Source of the DNA: Camelus dromedarius | Lineage: Eukaryota | Assembly: GCF_036321535.1 (NCBI RefSeq) | Contig: NC_087447.1 | Span: 32,676,001 to 32,740,000 of the forward strand | Length of the DNA stretch: 64,000 nt | Direction of reading: 5' to 3' | Shown: positions 50,794-62,521 of the stretch, piece by piece | How positions within the stretch are numbered: the first letter of the stretch is position 1 | How the letters are laid out: every line of letters begins with the position of its first letter | The notes under the pieces: generated by a model | What the model was told of the DNA's origin: nothing | Database searches by the model: none | What the model saw: the letters and a program-made list of their open reading frames with translations, nothing else | Position numbers and translations under genes: made by a program

Positions 50794-52242
50794 CAGTCAT
50801 TCTCAAATATTTTGTTTATAGTACCCCTTTACACTCTTAAAAGTTACGGTTGACTTCAGAAGGCTTTGGTTGTGTGATTTATACTTTGCCATATATACTG
50901 TGTTAGAAATTAAAGCTGAGATATTTTACAAATACTTATTATTAATTTATTTTAATTACTGAAAACAATAATAACTCATTACATATTAACATAATTGATA
51001 TACTTTAGGACTAATAACTATATTTTATAAAATAAAACATTACTGAGAAGAGTGACATTGCTCTAAATTTTTGAAAATCTCTTCAATGTCTGACAGTAGA
51101 AAACAATTAGATTTTCATACTCTGCTTATGCATTCGATCTGAATTTAATTAAATTATGATAAGCTGCTTTGATCAAAGTGTGAAAAATAGCTGGTCTCAC
51201 AAAGATGTGTGGTGGGGAAGGGGTGGAGTTTTTTCATAGACTATTCAGATGATGGTGATTTTTTTTTTCTGATGTTACAGCAAAACTCAGTAAGTCAGTT
51301 TCTTAAATGTCAATTGCAAAGTAGAATCTAAAACCATATCAGTTAATTTTTACACTCTGTTATGTCAACATCTATTGGCCTTTCTTGCACTTTGAATGGA
51401 TCTTTTATTCATACATGATTTTGGAACATAATACATTACTTGTTTAGAAAACATTGGTTCCCTGACTTAGGCAGATTTTTCAAAGTTGGCATATTAATTT
51501 TACCATATCAAAACAATCACATGTATTATTATTATAACCGATCTTATCAGACAAGTCTTTTGGTATCTGGACACAGGGATTGTCAAGCTCATGATGATAG
51601 ACACAACTCTTCCAAAATTCTAGTTTTTGCTTGAAATCTCAGATGTTATCATTGGCAAAATATGTGGCCAATTGTTTTCCTTGATGTGACAGGCTCATTT
51701 TGTTTATTAACCAGTTTGTCATTTGTTCTTTAGAAGTAAAGATGGTGTCCCATGAAAAAAGCAGTTAGTTCAGTTCTCAACTCAAACAATCACAGATACA
51801 ATTTTCTTCAATACCACCATTAATTATGCTTTCACGTGGAGCAGACTGTTTTATGCATATTTTCCATTTGTCACACAAGATATTAAAATGTCTCATTATA
51901 AGGTCAGAATTAAATAATATTTTTTAGTGCTTCATCAAGGACATTCTTAGGTGAAACTGGCTTTTTCCCCCCTGCTGGTGTGTGGGTGTGAAGAATGCAA
52001 TGATTTCTGGTACACTTGGCGCCACTGCCCTGATTTGTGCCGAGCACCAGCATTTTACCTACTATCACTCTTGCAGCTCAGTGCAAATGTCAACACAGTG
52101 GGGGGAAAAGTTAATCAACAAACTTTGTCATTATATTTTATTTTTTTTTAGCTTTGTTTGTTTGTTTGTTTTCATCTCACAGATCCCTGAAAAAGTGTCA
52201 GAAACCTCCCCGTTTCAAGAAGTGAGAATCTGAGAACTGCTA
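50794..52242 (-). mobile_element. Charlie1a-type hAT DNA transposon, near full length (about 1.45 kb)
   Basis: TIR-like ends cagtcattctcaaa ... tgagaactgcta; cccctttacactcttaaaa and gccactgccctgatttgtgc...cagtgcaaatgtcaacacagtg internal motifs. Confidence 0.88.
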
Positions 52243-52820
52243 CTTTAAACTATATGGAATTTTTACTGCATTATTTTACAGAAAGGCTGTATTTTTTTTC
52301 CAGAATACTTAACAAATTTTCCTAGTTTTCCAAGGTGATTTAAATAAATTATAAGTAACTTATTGTATATATTGTTAGAGAGGGAGGGAGGGAATCTTTT
52401 TTGGTGCTATCAACTGATGTGTTTACTGTGTTTACTCCACCAGCATCATAGTTTTAATTATTTACCTTCTAATATAATTTAAAATCCAGTGGGAGCAAGA
52501 ATCCAATTAATACTCTTTAAAAAAAAAAAAAAAGCCAAAAGTGATTCTGTGTGATTAATCACCCAAGAAAAATAATTTTTATGCCAATAAAACAAAACCA
52601 AATAATTCTAATTATAGTTGAGTGAAATTGATCTTTGTGTAAGGAAATATTTAACCCACACAGGAGCATATCAGAGGCATAGTTTTTATTAATTAAGTAT
52701 AAAAATTTTTTAAATTAACTTAAAAAGAATTTAAAGTTGTGTAGTATTTTGTTCTTTTCTGAGATGACTGCTTCTCTTTTATATGAGTCTATCTTTATAT
52801 CTCTTAATAAATTTTCATAG

Positions 52821-53251
52821 TGTCAACTGAAAATATGCAAAACCTAGAAGTTGAGAATTATGTTTTACTTGGCAGATTTTCTGAGGACTTCAAGCCCAGA
52901 AGACAGCCTCTCAGAATAGCTCTAAGGGACTTCTCCAAAGAGGTAAGGGGGTTTTGCAACACAGACCTAGTAGCTGGGTACAGCGTTGGTGGTACGGTGG
53001 TGAGCATAGCTGCCTTCCAGACCTAGTAGTTGGAGCATCAAAATATTACTGTTAATTAAAGAAAACCAGGTATCTCAAGTTAATGAATTTAGCACTTTTC
53101 TATATACGGGAGGTGCAAGAGTCTGAGCCCACTGAAATCATCCCTTTGATATGCACCTTAGCTCTCTAGGGCCAATATCTCAGTCCTTTCCCATCCTGAG
53201 TTCCCTTACTCAGGGTGCACCGTTGAGGGTAGCCGCAGTGGCTGACAGCTA
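52821..53251 (-). mobile_element. MER41-like ERV1 solo LTR (cetartiodactyl type)
   Basis: tgtcaactgaaaa...aagttgagaattatgtttta...cagcctctcaga..agctct...ccaaagaggtaaggg...attactgttaattaaagaaaaccag...tctcaagttaatgaatttagc...cctttgatatgcacctta. Confidence 0.8.
52983..53019 (+). pseudogene. Tailless retropseudogene: 5' half of tRNA-Gly(TCC)
   Basis: GCGTTGGTGGTACGGTGGTGAGCATAGCTGCCTTCCA is 35/37 identical to the recalled 5' half of mammalian tRNA-Gly-TCC, ends one base after the anticodon, and is flanked by a 16-bp direct repeat. Confidence 0.88.
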
Positions 53252-54435
53252 ATAGTTTCATATAACTAATTATTTACATTCCTCTGCCCTGTTGCTAAGA
53301 TTATTATTTTTACTATTTCATCTGTCTGTTGCTAGTTCCTAGTGTAAAGTATTTAGTTTTTGTTTTTAGGCATAGATTTTATTTCAGTAATGGTGTTGAC
53401 CAGTCTAACAATTGTTATCCTGTTGGTTTTAATAAGAAGACAGTTAAAGCTCCTAAAAGTAATGATAATTCTTTATGTTGTTTTAGAAAAGTTAGAAGAA
53501 AAGAAAAGATAGTTACATTGCTTGTTACTTGTTTCATATCTGACTTTACTTTTTAAAACCTCTAACAGTGTTAAGTAAAATGGTTATTCTTTGTAATTTT
53601 AATAGAAGTACCTGTAGTGTTTCATCGTTAACAAGAGAGAGAGAGTTTGAGAAAAAACAAAAAACCAACTCTGCTTCACCACGGAAGTATCTTCAGTCTA
53701 AAAATGGAGATACACATTATGTTTTTTTTTAAAGCATGTTTCTGGATACAACCTTATTAAATCTTTATACCTGGAAGATAAAGTTCCCCTAAATATTAAA
53801 AATGATTAGGTTAATGTTACATGGAGCTTAATTTTTTGATGCAAACACAATCAGGAAACAAAGGAGCTCCACTTACAAAGCTGTGAAGGGAAGTGTTTGT
53901 GACTCCACAAGTCTCTCTGCCTAGCTAAATGGCTGTTTACGCAGTTATCAGTGCCCTCTCACATGCGTCAGGTATTGTCTCAGTATCTTCTTTTTAATTT
54001 TTTCTGAACTTTTTAATTTCATGAAATGCCTATTTCAGTGTACCATTAATTCTTTGAAACTTCAGGGAAGATTCCTTGACCTGCAGTTTCTTTTCATGTC
54101 TCTGGAATTTTTCCCTGTTTATTCATCCTTGCAGATCTCTATTTGCCTGTTAGTGGCTTATAGTGAACTAGAAGCTGAATTTACTTCTGACGCAGGAGTC
54201 TGCTAAAATTATCCACCTGCTAGATCCAGATCAAAAGCGGGTATTTAGTGAATTACTAACATGGAGAACCAGCAGCTGCAGGAGCAGAGTAGTATCAGCA
54301 GTTCCTAAAAAGAGCCCTAATGCTGGTCCCTACTGTCTGCTTAGTGTGGCTGTTTGTACTCAAAGCACAACCCAGGTGTTCTCCCATGCAGCTGGCAGCA
54401 TCCCAGTGCTGCGGGTCGACCCAAACATGGTGAAG

Positions 54436-54650
54436 TAAGTTAAATATGGGCTTTGGGTGATAACGAAGTGTCAATGTAGTTTCATCAGTTTAACAAATGT
54501 ACCACTCTGGTGTAGGGTTTTGAAAGTGGGGGAGGCTGTACCTATGTGTGGGCAGGGGGCATATGGGAAGTCTGTGTGCTTTCCACTCTATATTGTTATG
54601 AACCTAAAACTTCTCTAAAAATACTCTATTAATTTTTTTTTTTTAAAAGC
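54436..54650 (+). mobile_element. L1MC-type 3' end
   Basis: tatgggctttgggtgataa..gtgtcaatgtag..ttcatcagt..taacaaatgtaccactctgg...atatgggaa...tgaacctaaaact. Confidence 0.88.
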
Positions 54651-55078
54651 AATGCTCCGGCCACAACTGCCATCTTGCCTCCTACTAGACTACCTACTTT
54701 TGAGTATACACACTTTTGACTTTGCTCTTTTACTTGTTTGGAGACTACAGGCGAATTATTTTGCTGTTCTACTGTAAGTGGAAAAAAGTGTTTACCACAT
54801 AGAGCTTTTGAGAGAATTATATGACTCTATGCATCTACAGCATTTGGGTCAATCCTGGTAACTGGTAAACAATCAATAATGCATCAGCAGCAGCAGCATG
54901 ATCTTTCTGGGTTTCTAGTACATAACAAGTACTTTAGATACACCAGCGCATCAGTATTCAGAGAATTCTGTAAGATTTTAGATTGGGTTAATTGCCTATG
55001 ATTATAGATCTTATCGGTAAGTGAGAATAAATTGAAATCATATCTTTCTGACATCAAGTTTAAGATTTTCCTTTATAC

Positions 55079-55287
55079 CAGGAATTGGAAAGCTTTTTCT
55101 GAAAAAGGCCAGATAGTAAACATTTTAGACTTTGCGGGCCAGAAGATTCATGTTACAATTACTCAACTCAGCTGTTGGAGCGAAAAAAGCAGTGATAGAT
55201 GATGCATAAATGAACAAGCATGGCAGAGTTCCCCACTAAACTGCATTTACACAAACAGGCAGCAGAGCAGACCAGCTTTAAATCCTG
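55079..55287. mobile_element. MER58A hAT-Charlie MITE
   Basis: tttttctgaaaaaggccagatagtaaacattttagactttgcgggcc...actcaactc..gctgtt. Confidence 0.88.
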
Positions 55288-55644
55288 ATTCCTTTAGTGG
55301 TACCTATTTACCATGCTGGAAATTTGAGAATTTCTGCAGAGTGATGAAACAGTTTATCCATCATAAGAGAGTCTGTGATTTGTTAGAGAAGAAATAATAT
55401 GGCACAATAAAAAAATACCATAGTGCCCATTAATGGTTGCTGATTCTAAATGTTGTAGAAGTTTTCTAAAATCATTGATCTATTATCAATTATTCATGGA
55501 GGGGATGGATTAGCTGAGTCTCTAAAAGAGTTGTGTGAGTTAGGGAGACAATATAATACAGAGCAAGCGTTTGTGTATGAGATTCAGAGAGACACAGATT
55601 GAATCCTTACTCTTTTACTTTCCAGTTCTTTGTCATTGGGCAAG

Positions 55645-55976
55645 TGTTATGGATGAATGTTTGTGTCCCTCCAAAATTTGTATATTGAAATCTAAACCCC
55701 CAATATGATGGTATTAGGAAATGGAGACTTTGGGACATGATTAGGTTGTAAGGATGGAACTCTCATGAGTGGGATTAGTGGCCTTATAAAAGAGACCTTA
55801 GAGAGTTCTCTGAACCCTTTCACCACGTGAGGACGCTGGGAGATGTCTATGAACCAGGAAGTGATTCAGACACTGAATCTGCTGTTGCCTTGATCTTGGA
55901 CTTCCCAATCTCCGGAACTGTGAGAAAGTGTTTATTGTCTAAGGCACCATATCTATGGCATTTTTGTCCTAAGAGA
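55645..55976 (+). mobile_element. MLT1A-type LTR inserted in a MIR, exact 5-bp TSD gcaag
   Basis: tgttatggatgaatgtttgtgtccctccaaaatt...gggattagtggccttataaaagaga...ccttgatcttggacttcc..ctccggaactgtgaga. Confidence 0.92.
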
Positions 55977-57783
55977 GCAAGTCATATAATCTCTTCAATT
56001 ATCTCATCCTTGAAGTTTAAATATAAACATTTAGTTCATAAGAGAGAGAAAACATATTTAAGTAACTAGTTAATAGCAGTTTCCATGATAAATTCAACAT
56101 ATTCATTGAATGCCTACAACATGTCATACATTGTTTGTACATATTGCTAATATAACAAAGAATAAAATAGAGGAAATTTTGAGGCGATGAATGTGTTGGT
56201 TAACCAAGTGAGGAGAATCCTTTCCCAATGTGGGCATATATTAGATCATCACATTGCACACGTTAACTATCTTACCAGAAAAATCTTTATGGAGTTTACA
56301 TTGTAGGTCCTAACAAACAAAATCACAATGTTTATGGTCACTCCATCATCCCCATCGTCTTTAATCTTTAAAATATGGGTGCAAGAGGAGAAATCCAGGA
56401 TTAGCAAACAATGTTGAACCAGAAAACAAACATGGAAATGAGTGATTTTATATGGAAAGTATACAAAATGGATTGGCGTTGGCACCTTAGCTAAGGTTAC
56501 CATATACAGCCATGTGAGCTATACAACTTACAGGGAGCTATTTAGCACAACAGCCCTGAGAATTTGCGGAAGACAGTTGAGAGATAACGTTGCATTTTGT
56601 GAGAGATGTTAACATAGAAGACTTGAACATCATTCAGTCTAAGAAGTTTGAGTGAAAATCATCAAGGAAGCTTAGAGATTGTTGAGTAGGAGAATGGAAT
56701 GCTGACAGTGGGCTTGCAGCTTCGGTATAGATCACACTGTAAATGGGGAGACTTGGAGCAGAGCAATCCAACACTTCATTCCAAGTACTCTCACCCTGCT
56801 TTCAGATGTTGCTGGTGTTTAGCATCAAGTTGCAGCTACATTCAACCATGAAGAGCAGTCATTGCCAGGGACAAGCCGATTTCTGCTTTTATCTCACACT
56901 CCATATGATGGCCATTATTATTCAAACTAGTGAGCACAACCAGAATTAGAATAGTTTTGTCTGTCCTGAGATGATGCATACAACCAAACCTATTCTTTCA
57001 CTTGCTTTTAATAAGTGGGAGGAAAAATCAAAGTTTCAATTATTGACAAACAAATTAAAAATTACTCCATAAGGTATTTTCAGCAGTGATTTCATTCCCC
57101 ATCAATTGTATTCCCATCAATACTTGATACTTCCCAATACTTGATCTTGAAAGCATCAACTATTCATGCCTAATTCATTATTCATTCATTTTCTTATTCA
57201 TATACTTATTAAGCAACTGCTTATTAAGTAATTACTATATGCCAGGAGAGTTCTAGGGGCTAGGATAAAGCCATGAAAAAAACGGACAAAAATCCCTGCC
57301 TTCATGGCAGGCACATGCCATTTCTTCTTTCTACCGCCCTCTCTTTCTTTTTTTCTTCCTCCCTTCCTTTCTTCATTTTTTCCTTTCTTTCTTCTTTCAT
57401 CACTTTATTGTCTCCTTTATTAAAACACAAAAATTAATGCAATTATTAAAATAAATGCAATTAAAATATATACAATTAAATAGGAATATGAACAGAAATG
57501 TCTCTTTCAGTTAGAGTACAGGAGGACACTCATGACCTCCATTCCTGTGGCAACAACAAGAAAAGCACAGCAAAATAAAAACTGTATTTTTCTATAGGGC
57601 TAGTTAAGCATGGTAGACACAAAGAAGCTTGTTGAACTAAATACCCATGAGAAATAAGCCTTTCATAGGTGTGCAGAAAGTCATTCAGCATTCACACTGG
57701 TGGCAGTGAATGCCTGGGCTGGCTACAGTTTGACAGATGAGTAGACATGCTGTAGAGAGACTGAGCATTAGATTATAGTGTGA

Positions 57784-57884
57784 GGGGAAGGGTATAGCTC
57801 AGTGGTAGAGCACATGCTTAGCATTCACAGGGTCCTGGGTTCAATCCCCAGTACCTCCAAAAAAAAAAAAAAACAAAAAAAAAA
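57784..57884 (+). mobile_element. Camelid tRNA-derived SINE (Vic-1 type) with poly(A) and TSD
   Basis: GGGGAAGGGTATAGCTCAGTGGTAGAGCACATGCTTAGCATTCACAGGGTCCTGGGTTCAATCCCCAGTACCTCC with Pol III A and B boxes, A tail, flanks gattatagtgtg / gattatagcatg. Confidence 0.92.
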
Positions 57885-58374
57885 CTAATGATTGATTATA
57901 GCATGGGCTAGTGGAATGAACTAGTCCCTTGAAGAAGCCCAAACAGAAAATTAATCACTCAGCAGAACACCTCTTCCTTCTATTATACCCCCTGCAAAAT
58001 TTTGTTAAGAAATTGCCAGTGGAAAAGGAACTGGAAACTAGAAAGAAATCAGGTACTTCAGTGTATTCTTCTAGTGCTCAGATTCAGTCTCCCTGCTAGA
58101 ATTGAATTCAAAAGCAACCAAAATTATCTGAAACCAAAAGGCAAACTTCATCCTCAAGGTTAAAAGATTAACAAGGTCATTGTTGGCAACATAGTAAGGG
58201 TTGAACTAATCACAGATGGACTCAAAGTAATTAAAACTCTGGCCGAGCCCGGTTTAACTCATCTCTAGGAGAAATCAGAATGAATAGCCTCTCATCCTAA
58301 CTGCCGGAGAACAAAGCCTTATGGTCTCTTAGAAACAAAACAAAACAAAATGTTATACTTCTCTTTACACTGTT

Positions 58375-58473
58375 TTTTCAATAAGTCCAGAATACAATAA
58401 AATTATTAAATGTGCAAAGAAACACATTTTCAATATGTCCAGAATAGAATAAAATTATTAAATGTGCAAAGAA
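58375..58473. repeat. Two-copy tandem duplication, period 52 bp
   Basis: ttttcaataWgtccagaataSaataaaattattaaatgtgcaaagaa twice, 2 mismatches in 47 bp. Confidence 0.92.
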
Positions 58474-59659
58474 TCAAATAAGGACAGTAAATAGAAATTG
58501 AAAATCCAAATGGCTATCAACAGAACAATAAATAAACAAATTGTGGTATATTCTTAAATAGAAAAATACTAGCACTAAAAGGAAGTAAAAGAAATTATGA
58601 TATGTATAACAACACTAATATATATCAACAATACTATAATGAACAAAAAATTCAAGCACAGAAGAATATGTTTAATGATTCCATCTACATAAAGTTTTCA
58701 AATAGGCAAGTCTATTTTCTGGTGCTGGAAATCAGAACAGTGACTACCTCTTAGGATAGAAGGAGGGTGGATTGACTGGAAAGTGACATGGAAAACTTTT
58801 TGAGGGTGATGGAAATGTATCTCATTTAGGATATGGATGATGGGTGTGTATGCATTTGTAAAAGTCACTGAAGTATGTATCTAACAGAAGTCTATTTCAC
58901 TGGTTTTAAATGTCACTTCAATTTAAAAATTGAAAAATAAATAATGTAGATAAAAATAAAACTTAAAAATCAGTACCAGTAACAATAGCATAGATTTATA
59001 AGACCAGAAGGATAACATTGGGAGAAAAAAATAGAATTCAGATAGATAAGCTTTATCCTACAAAATTACTGGAATTAGGTCACAAATTATTATGAAAGTC
59101 ATGTTTTTTACCTGTCAATTTCTGCTTAGAATACTCTGTTGGGACTTGCAGACAGAGAAGGCAGCACACTCCTGTTTGTCCTTGTTGGTCTTCTCAGGGG
59201 TCTGCTCTGATTCTGAGGAATCTCTTTTCCATTCCCATCACACCCTAAGTCTACAGGTGGCCTCCCATCTGTATCTTTGTCCTGTGTCCTAATGAACCCT
59301 ATCATCATTTTTCCAACGATCTCTCTATTGTCTTATATGTGACTCACTTTCCTTTTCCAAAGCTTTAGTTATTTTCAGGAACCTACAGCAATAAAAATAA
59401 TTTAACATTTTTTAAAAAACAAGCTAATTATTTGAATACATCAGTAGACTTTCCTCAGTCTAGTTTTTAATAGAGGCTGAAGATGAGCACAGTATGCAGG
59501 ATCACTGAAAGACAAAAAGAAATAATTTGAATGAATGCAGGTGGAGAGCAGATTTTTGCCAACTCAATTTTCCTCCAATGTGAGACACAAGCAAAGTGAC
59601 ATTGATTGAGCATTTTGGGGTATTCATAACTCTGCTAATTAAAGTTTTAACACTGAAAT

Positions 59660-60105
59660 TGTAATGGTTCTTAGAAGCAAATAATAGAACCCATTCTTAC
59701 CAGGTTAAAGAGAAATGAATTTATTAAGAGGCATTAGTAGTTCATAAAATTACTGGAAGGGTTGGGGGAAACTCAAGTCTAATCTTTCAAGAACCACATC
59801 CCTGGATAGAGACACTTCTGCCTTTTTCAAATCAATTCAGAAACACACTTCCTCTGCTACTTTTCATGTTGACCTGAGCTCAGCTGGTTTCCTCCTGTAG
59901 TTCGCCTCTGTATAAAAATCTGGGATGGGAGTCCCTTATTGGCAGAAATTAAGTCACATGTTTACATCCTAGCTCTGAGGTAGCCTGGGAAATAGAGTCT
60001 TTCTCTTCTTTCAATTTAAGCTTGGGATGTGAGGATGCATAACATGGCAAAGTACTAAAATGTAGAGAGGGTGTTCAAAAGTCTCTGAGAAGACAGGTGT
60101 CTACT
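59660..60105 (-). mobile_element. Old MLT1 (J/K-like) LTR
   Basis: ggttcttagaagcaaataatagaa...gaatttatta...ttattggcagaaattaagtcacatgtttacatcctagctctgagg. Confidence 0.6.
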
Positions 60106-61410
60106 TCAAACACATCTTGTTTCATGCTTGCAAGACCCTATTTTCATCTCCATTTTTCTAAAGATAAAGAAATGAAGACTCTGCGAAATGAAGTAATATG
60201 CCCAAGAGAACACAGCTGGAAATAGATTGAACAAGATGTGAACTCAGTCACAAAACTTTTTGTCCTTCTTGTGTGGTCTTCCAGTCCATGGGTGATGGAA
60301 ACACTCCACTAGGACACAATTCTAGGAGAAGAGTCTGAACATCTCATTCTGGTCTTAGTTAAACTATAACATTTCTTCCAGGTTTTCATTTACTGGTTGT
60401 TTTTTATTTGTGTTGTTGTTTTTTTAAAGCTGATTTCTTAGTTAAAGGAAGGAACTGGATGATGAATGCTGGAGACATTTCTTATATTCTAAAAGCAAGA
60501 GCCCTAACAACACAACAGAGCCTAGGTGTACAGATTTTCAAGTCCAAATTGAGGCTAAATTTGAGCCATTTCATTAATCTTCACTTTTTAGGGTTGAACA
60601 GACTTTATTTCTGTAATGGAAGAAGTAGTTTTAATTTTCTAAACACACAACTGAACTGATGTAATTCACCATAGTAGTATATTTTAATCAAAAATCACCT
60701 TGCTACATGATTAGTCTTTCTGATTTTTAAACCAGTTTTTACTTCAGTGTTGCAAAAATAACCTTTGGTATTTTTTGTAGTAATTAGTGTGTCTTTGTTC
60801 AGACTTAGAACAAGGATCCAATTACTCATGACTCCATTTTCCTTTAATACTAGTGTTTAGTATCTTTTGTTACCTAGGCTACTTCTGTTTTCTGTAAGAC
60901 AAAAAAGTCTATTCAAAATCTTAAGTCAAAAACTCCTCGCATGGTTGTTGGATAATATTTATGCATTAAAGACTTCATGATTTTCCTTAAAAACAAAACC
61001 TCTTACTTTTTGGCAGAGGGTTTGGCATCAGTTAACTCCATATTGACTTTGTATTAGATAAAGTAGAATGTAGAAAAGATCTTAGCCATCACTCAGGATA
61101 GAGCAGGCCTTTTAATTTGGAGATAATCTTTGCATTTTCTATATTTTATGCTTTATATGATGTCTAGAAAGAAAAAAGGAACTGGACTTAAGTCAGAAGA
61201 CTTAACTGAGTTCATAAGTATGCCACTTCTGCGCCTTTGACTAACTTGCTTAAAGTCTCCAGGTGTAGATTTCCTCATTTGATAAATGTACAGGATAAAA
61301 CTAGTATCACTGTGAAGTTGGACCAAAAAGTGACTGTTTGTGAAAGTACTTACATGTGTTTCTGCAATTTTCTTCTCTGCATCTACTGTTATTTTTGCTC
61401 TACTAGATTT

Positions 61411-61501
61411 GAGAGAGAGAGAGAAGGAAGAGAAGGAAGGGGAGGAGGGGGAGAAGGGGAAGAAGGAGAAGGGAGGAAGGGAGGAAGGGAGGAAGGAGAG
61501 A
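61411..61501. repeat. Uninterrupted polypurine tract (91 nt)
   Basis: Only G and A between these coordinates. Confidence 0.92.
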
Positions 61502-61559
61502 CCCATCCCACACTGACTCCGCATTTCTCATTCAGCTACAACTCATCACTGAGGTCCAG

Positions 61560-61940
61560 CACCCTGACCTATTTGCTGTTTTGAATACATTGAACATGGT
61601 CCCATTCTCAATGTGATGTCCTTGATATTCCATCTTCCTGGAAGGCTTTTTCTCTTTATGATCTCCAGCTGACTTTCTTACTTCATTTAGGTCTCAGTTC
61701 AAAGAATGTCTCTTCATGGAGATTGTTTCTGAGAATCAACTTCCATTTTATTTTATCCTCACCCATTTATCATCACCAGATATTGTCTTATATATTATTT
61801 ATCTATTTCCCCCATTCCACACTAATCTCCAGTAGGCATGAGCATTTTAAGTTTTGGTCCTTACCGTATCCCCCTAGGAGTTCAGACAACACTTGGCACT
61901 TTGTTGGTGCTTAATAAGCATATATGGAATAAATGACTGT
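61560..61940 (+). mobile_element. L2 3' region
   Basis: ttcctggaaggctttt...cttcatttaggtctcagttcaaa...gtatcccc...cttggcac...gtgcttaataa...gaataaatga. Confidence 0.75.
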
Positions 61941-62350
61941 ATTTAATTGATCAAATTAACAGATACAAAACACGGTGAGTTTTCAACTGCATATTAGTTA
62001 ATGCCTTGATAAATTCTGGATCTGGGCCAGTGGTAATTTCTTTACTCATCTCTTTACCAACTTAAGAATGAGTACACTAATTTTACTTAAAATACAAAAA
62101 TGCCAATCTGACTCCTGGAATGGAGCTTCATCTAAAGCCACATGGTAGGATTTTTTTTTCTATGATTTTCAAAGGTTTATCATAGCCCGTTCACAATTAA
62201 AGCTTGACTGTCTAGTGTCCCATTCCTAAACATTTGCTAAACAAATCAATTAACTAATGCGTGCCTAGGTGTTATGGGGTATTAATGTTATTTCGCTGAG
62301 GTAACTAGCTTGTTTATTAAAATAGCTGTACTTTAATTTGCTTCTTTAAC

Positions 62351-62521
62351 CAGTGATTCCCAACTTTCCTACAAAGAGGAAGCACCTAGGGAACTTAAAT
62401 CTCCATGCCTAGCTTGTACTGCACACCAGTTAAATCAGAATGTCTGAGGTGGTAGCCAGGTATCAGCATTTTTAAAAAATTCCCAGGCAATCCTAATGTA
62501 CAGCAAAGATTGGGAACCAGT
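62351..62521. mobile_element. MER5A1-type hAT MITE
   Basis: cagtgattcccaac...cacctaggga...ccagttaaatcagaatgtctgaggtgg..ccaggtatcagcattttt...aatgtacagcaaagattgggaacca. Confidence 0.85.

Larger units (their letters stand above)
57490..58950 (+). mobile_element. Old L1 fragments, L1ME-type 3' end at about 58500-58950
   Basis: aaacaaattgtggtatatt...atgattccatctacataaagttt...gattgactggaaag..acatgga..actttttgagggtgatggaaatg; the upstream part is less certain. Confidence 0.6.

Noticed and set aside
52983..53019. Retroviral primer-binding site or intact tRNA-Gly gene
   Set aside because: A PBS corresponds to the tRNA 3' end and lies outside the LTR; this is the 5' half inside the LTR with its own TSD and has no B box or T arm.
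57784..57858. Functional tRNA gene
   Set aside because: Poly(A) tail, TSD, no oligo-T terminator and a related copy at 48.1 kb indicate a SINE.
58375..58473. CRISPR-like repeat-spacer array
   Set aside because: Only two copies, a 5-nt gap, no cas genes, eukaryotic context.
61153..61584. Overlapping 123-aa and 115-aa ORFs
   Set aside because: Open because of the polypurine tract and MIR-derived sequence.
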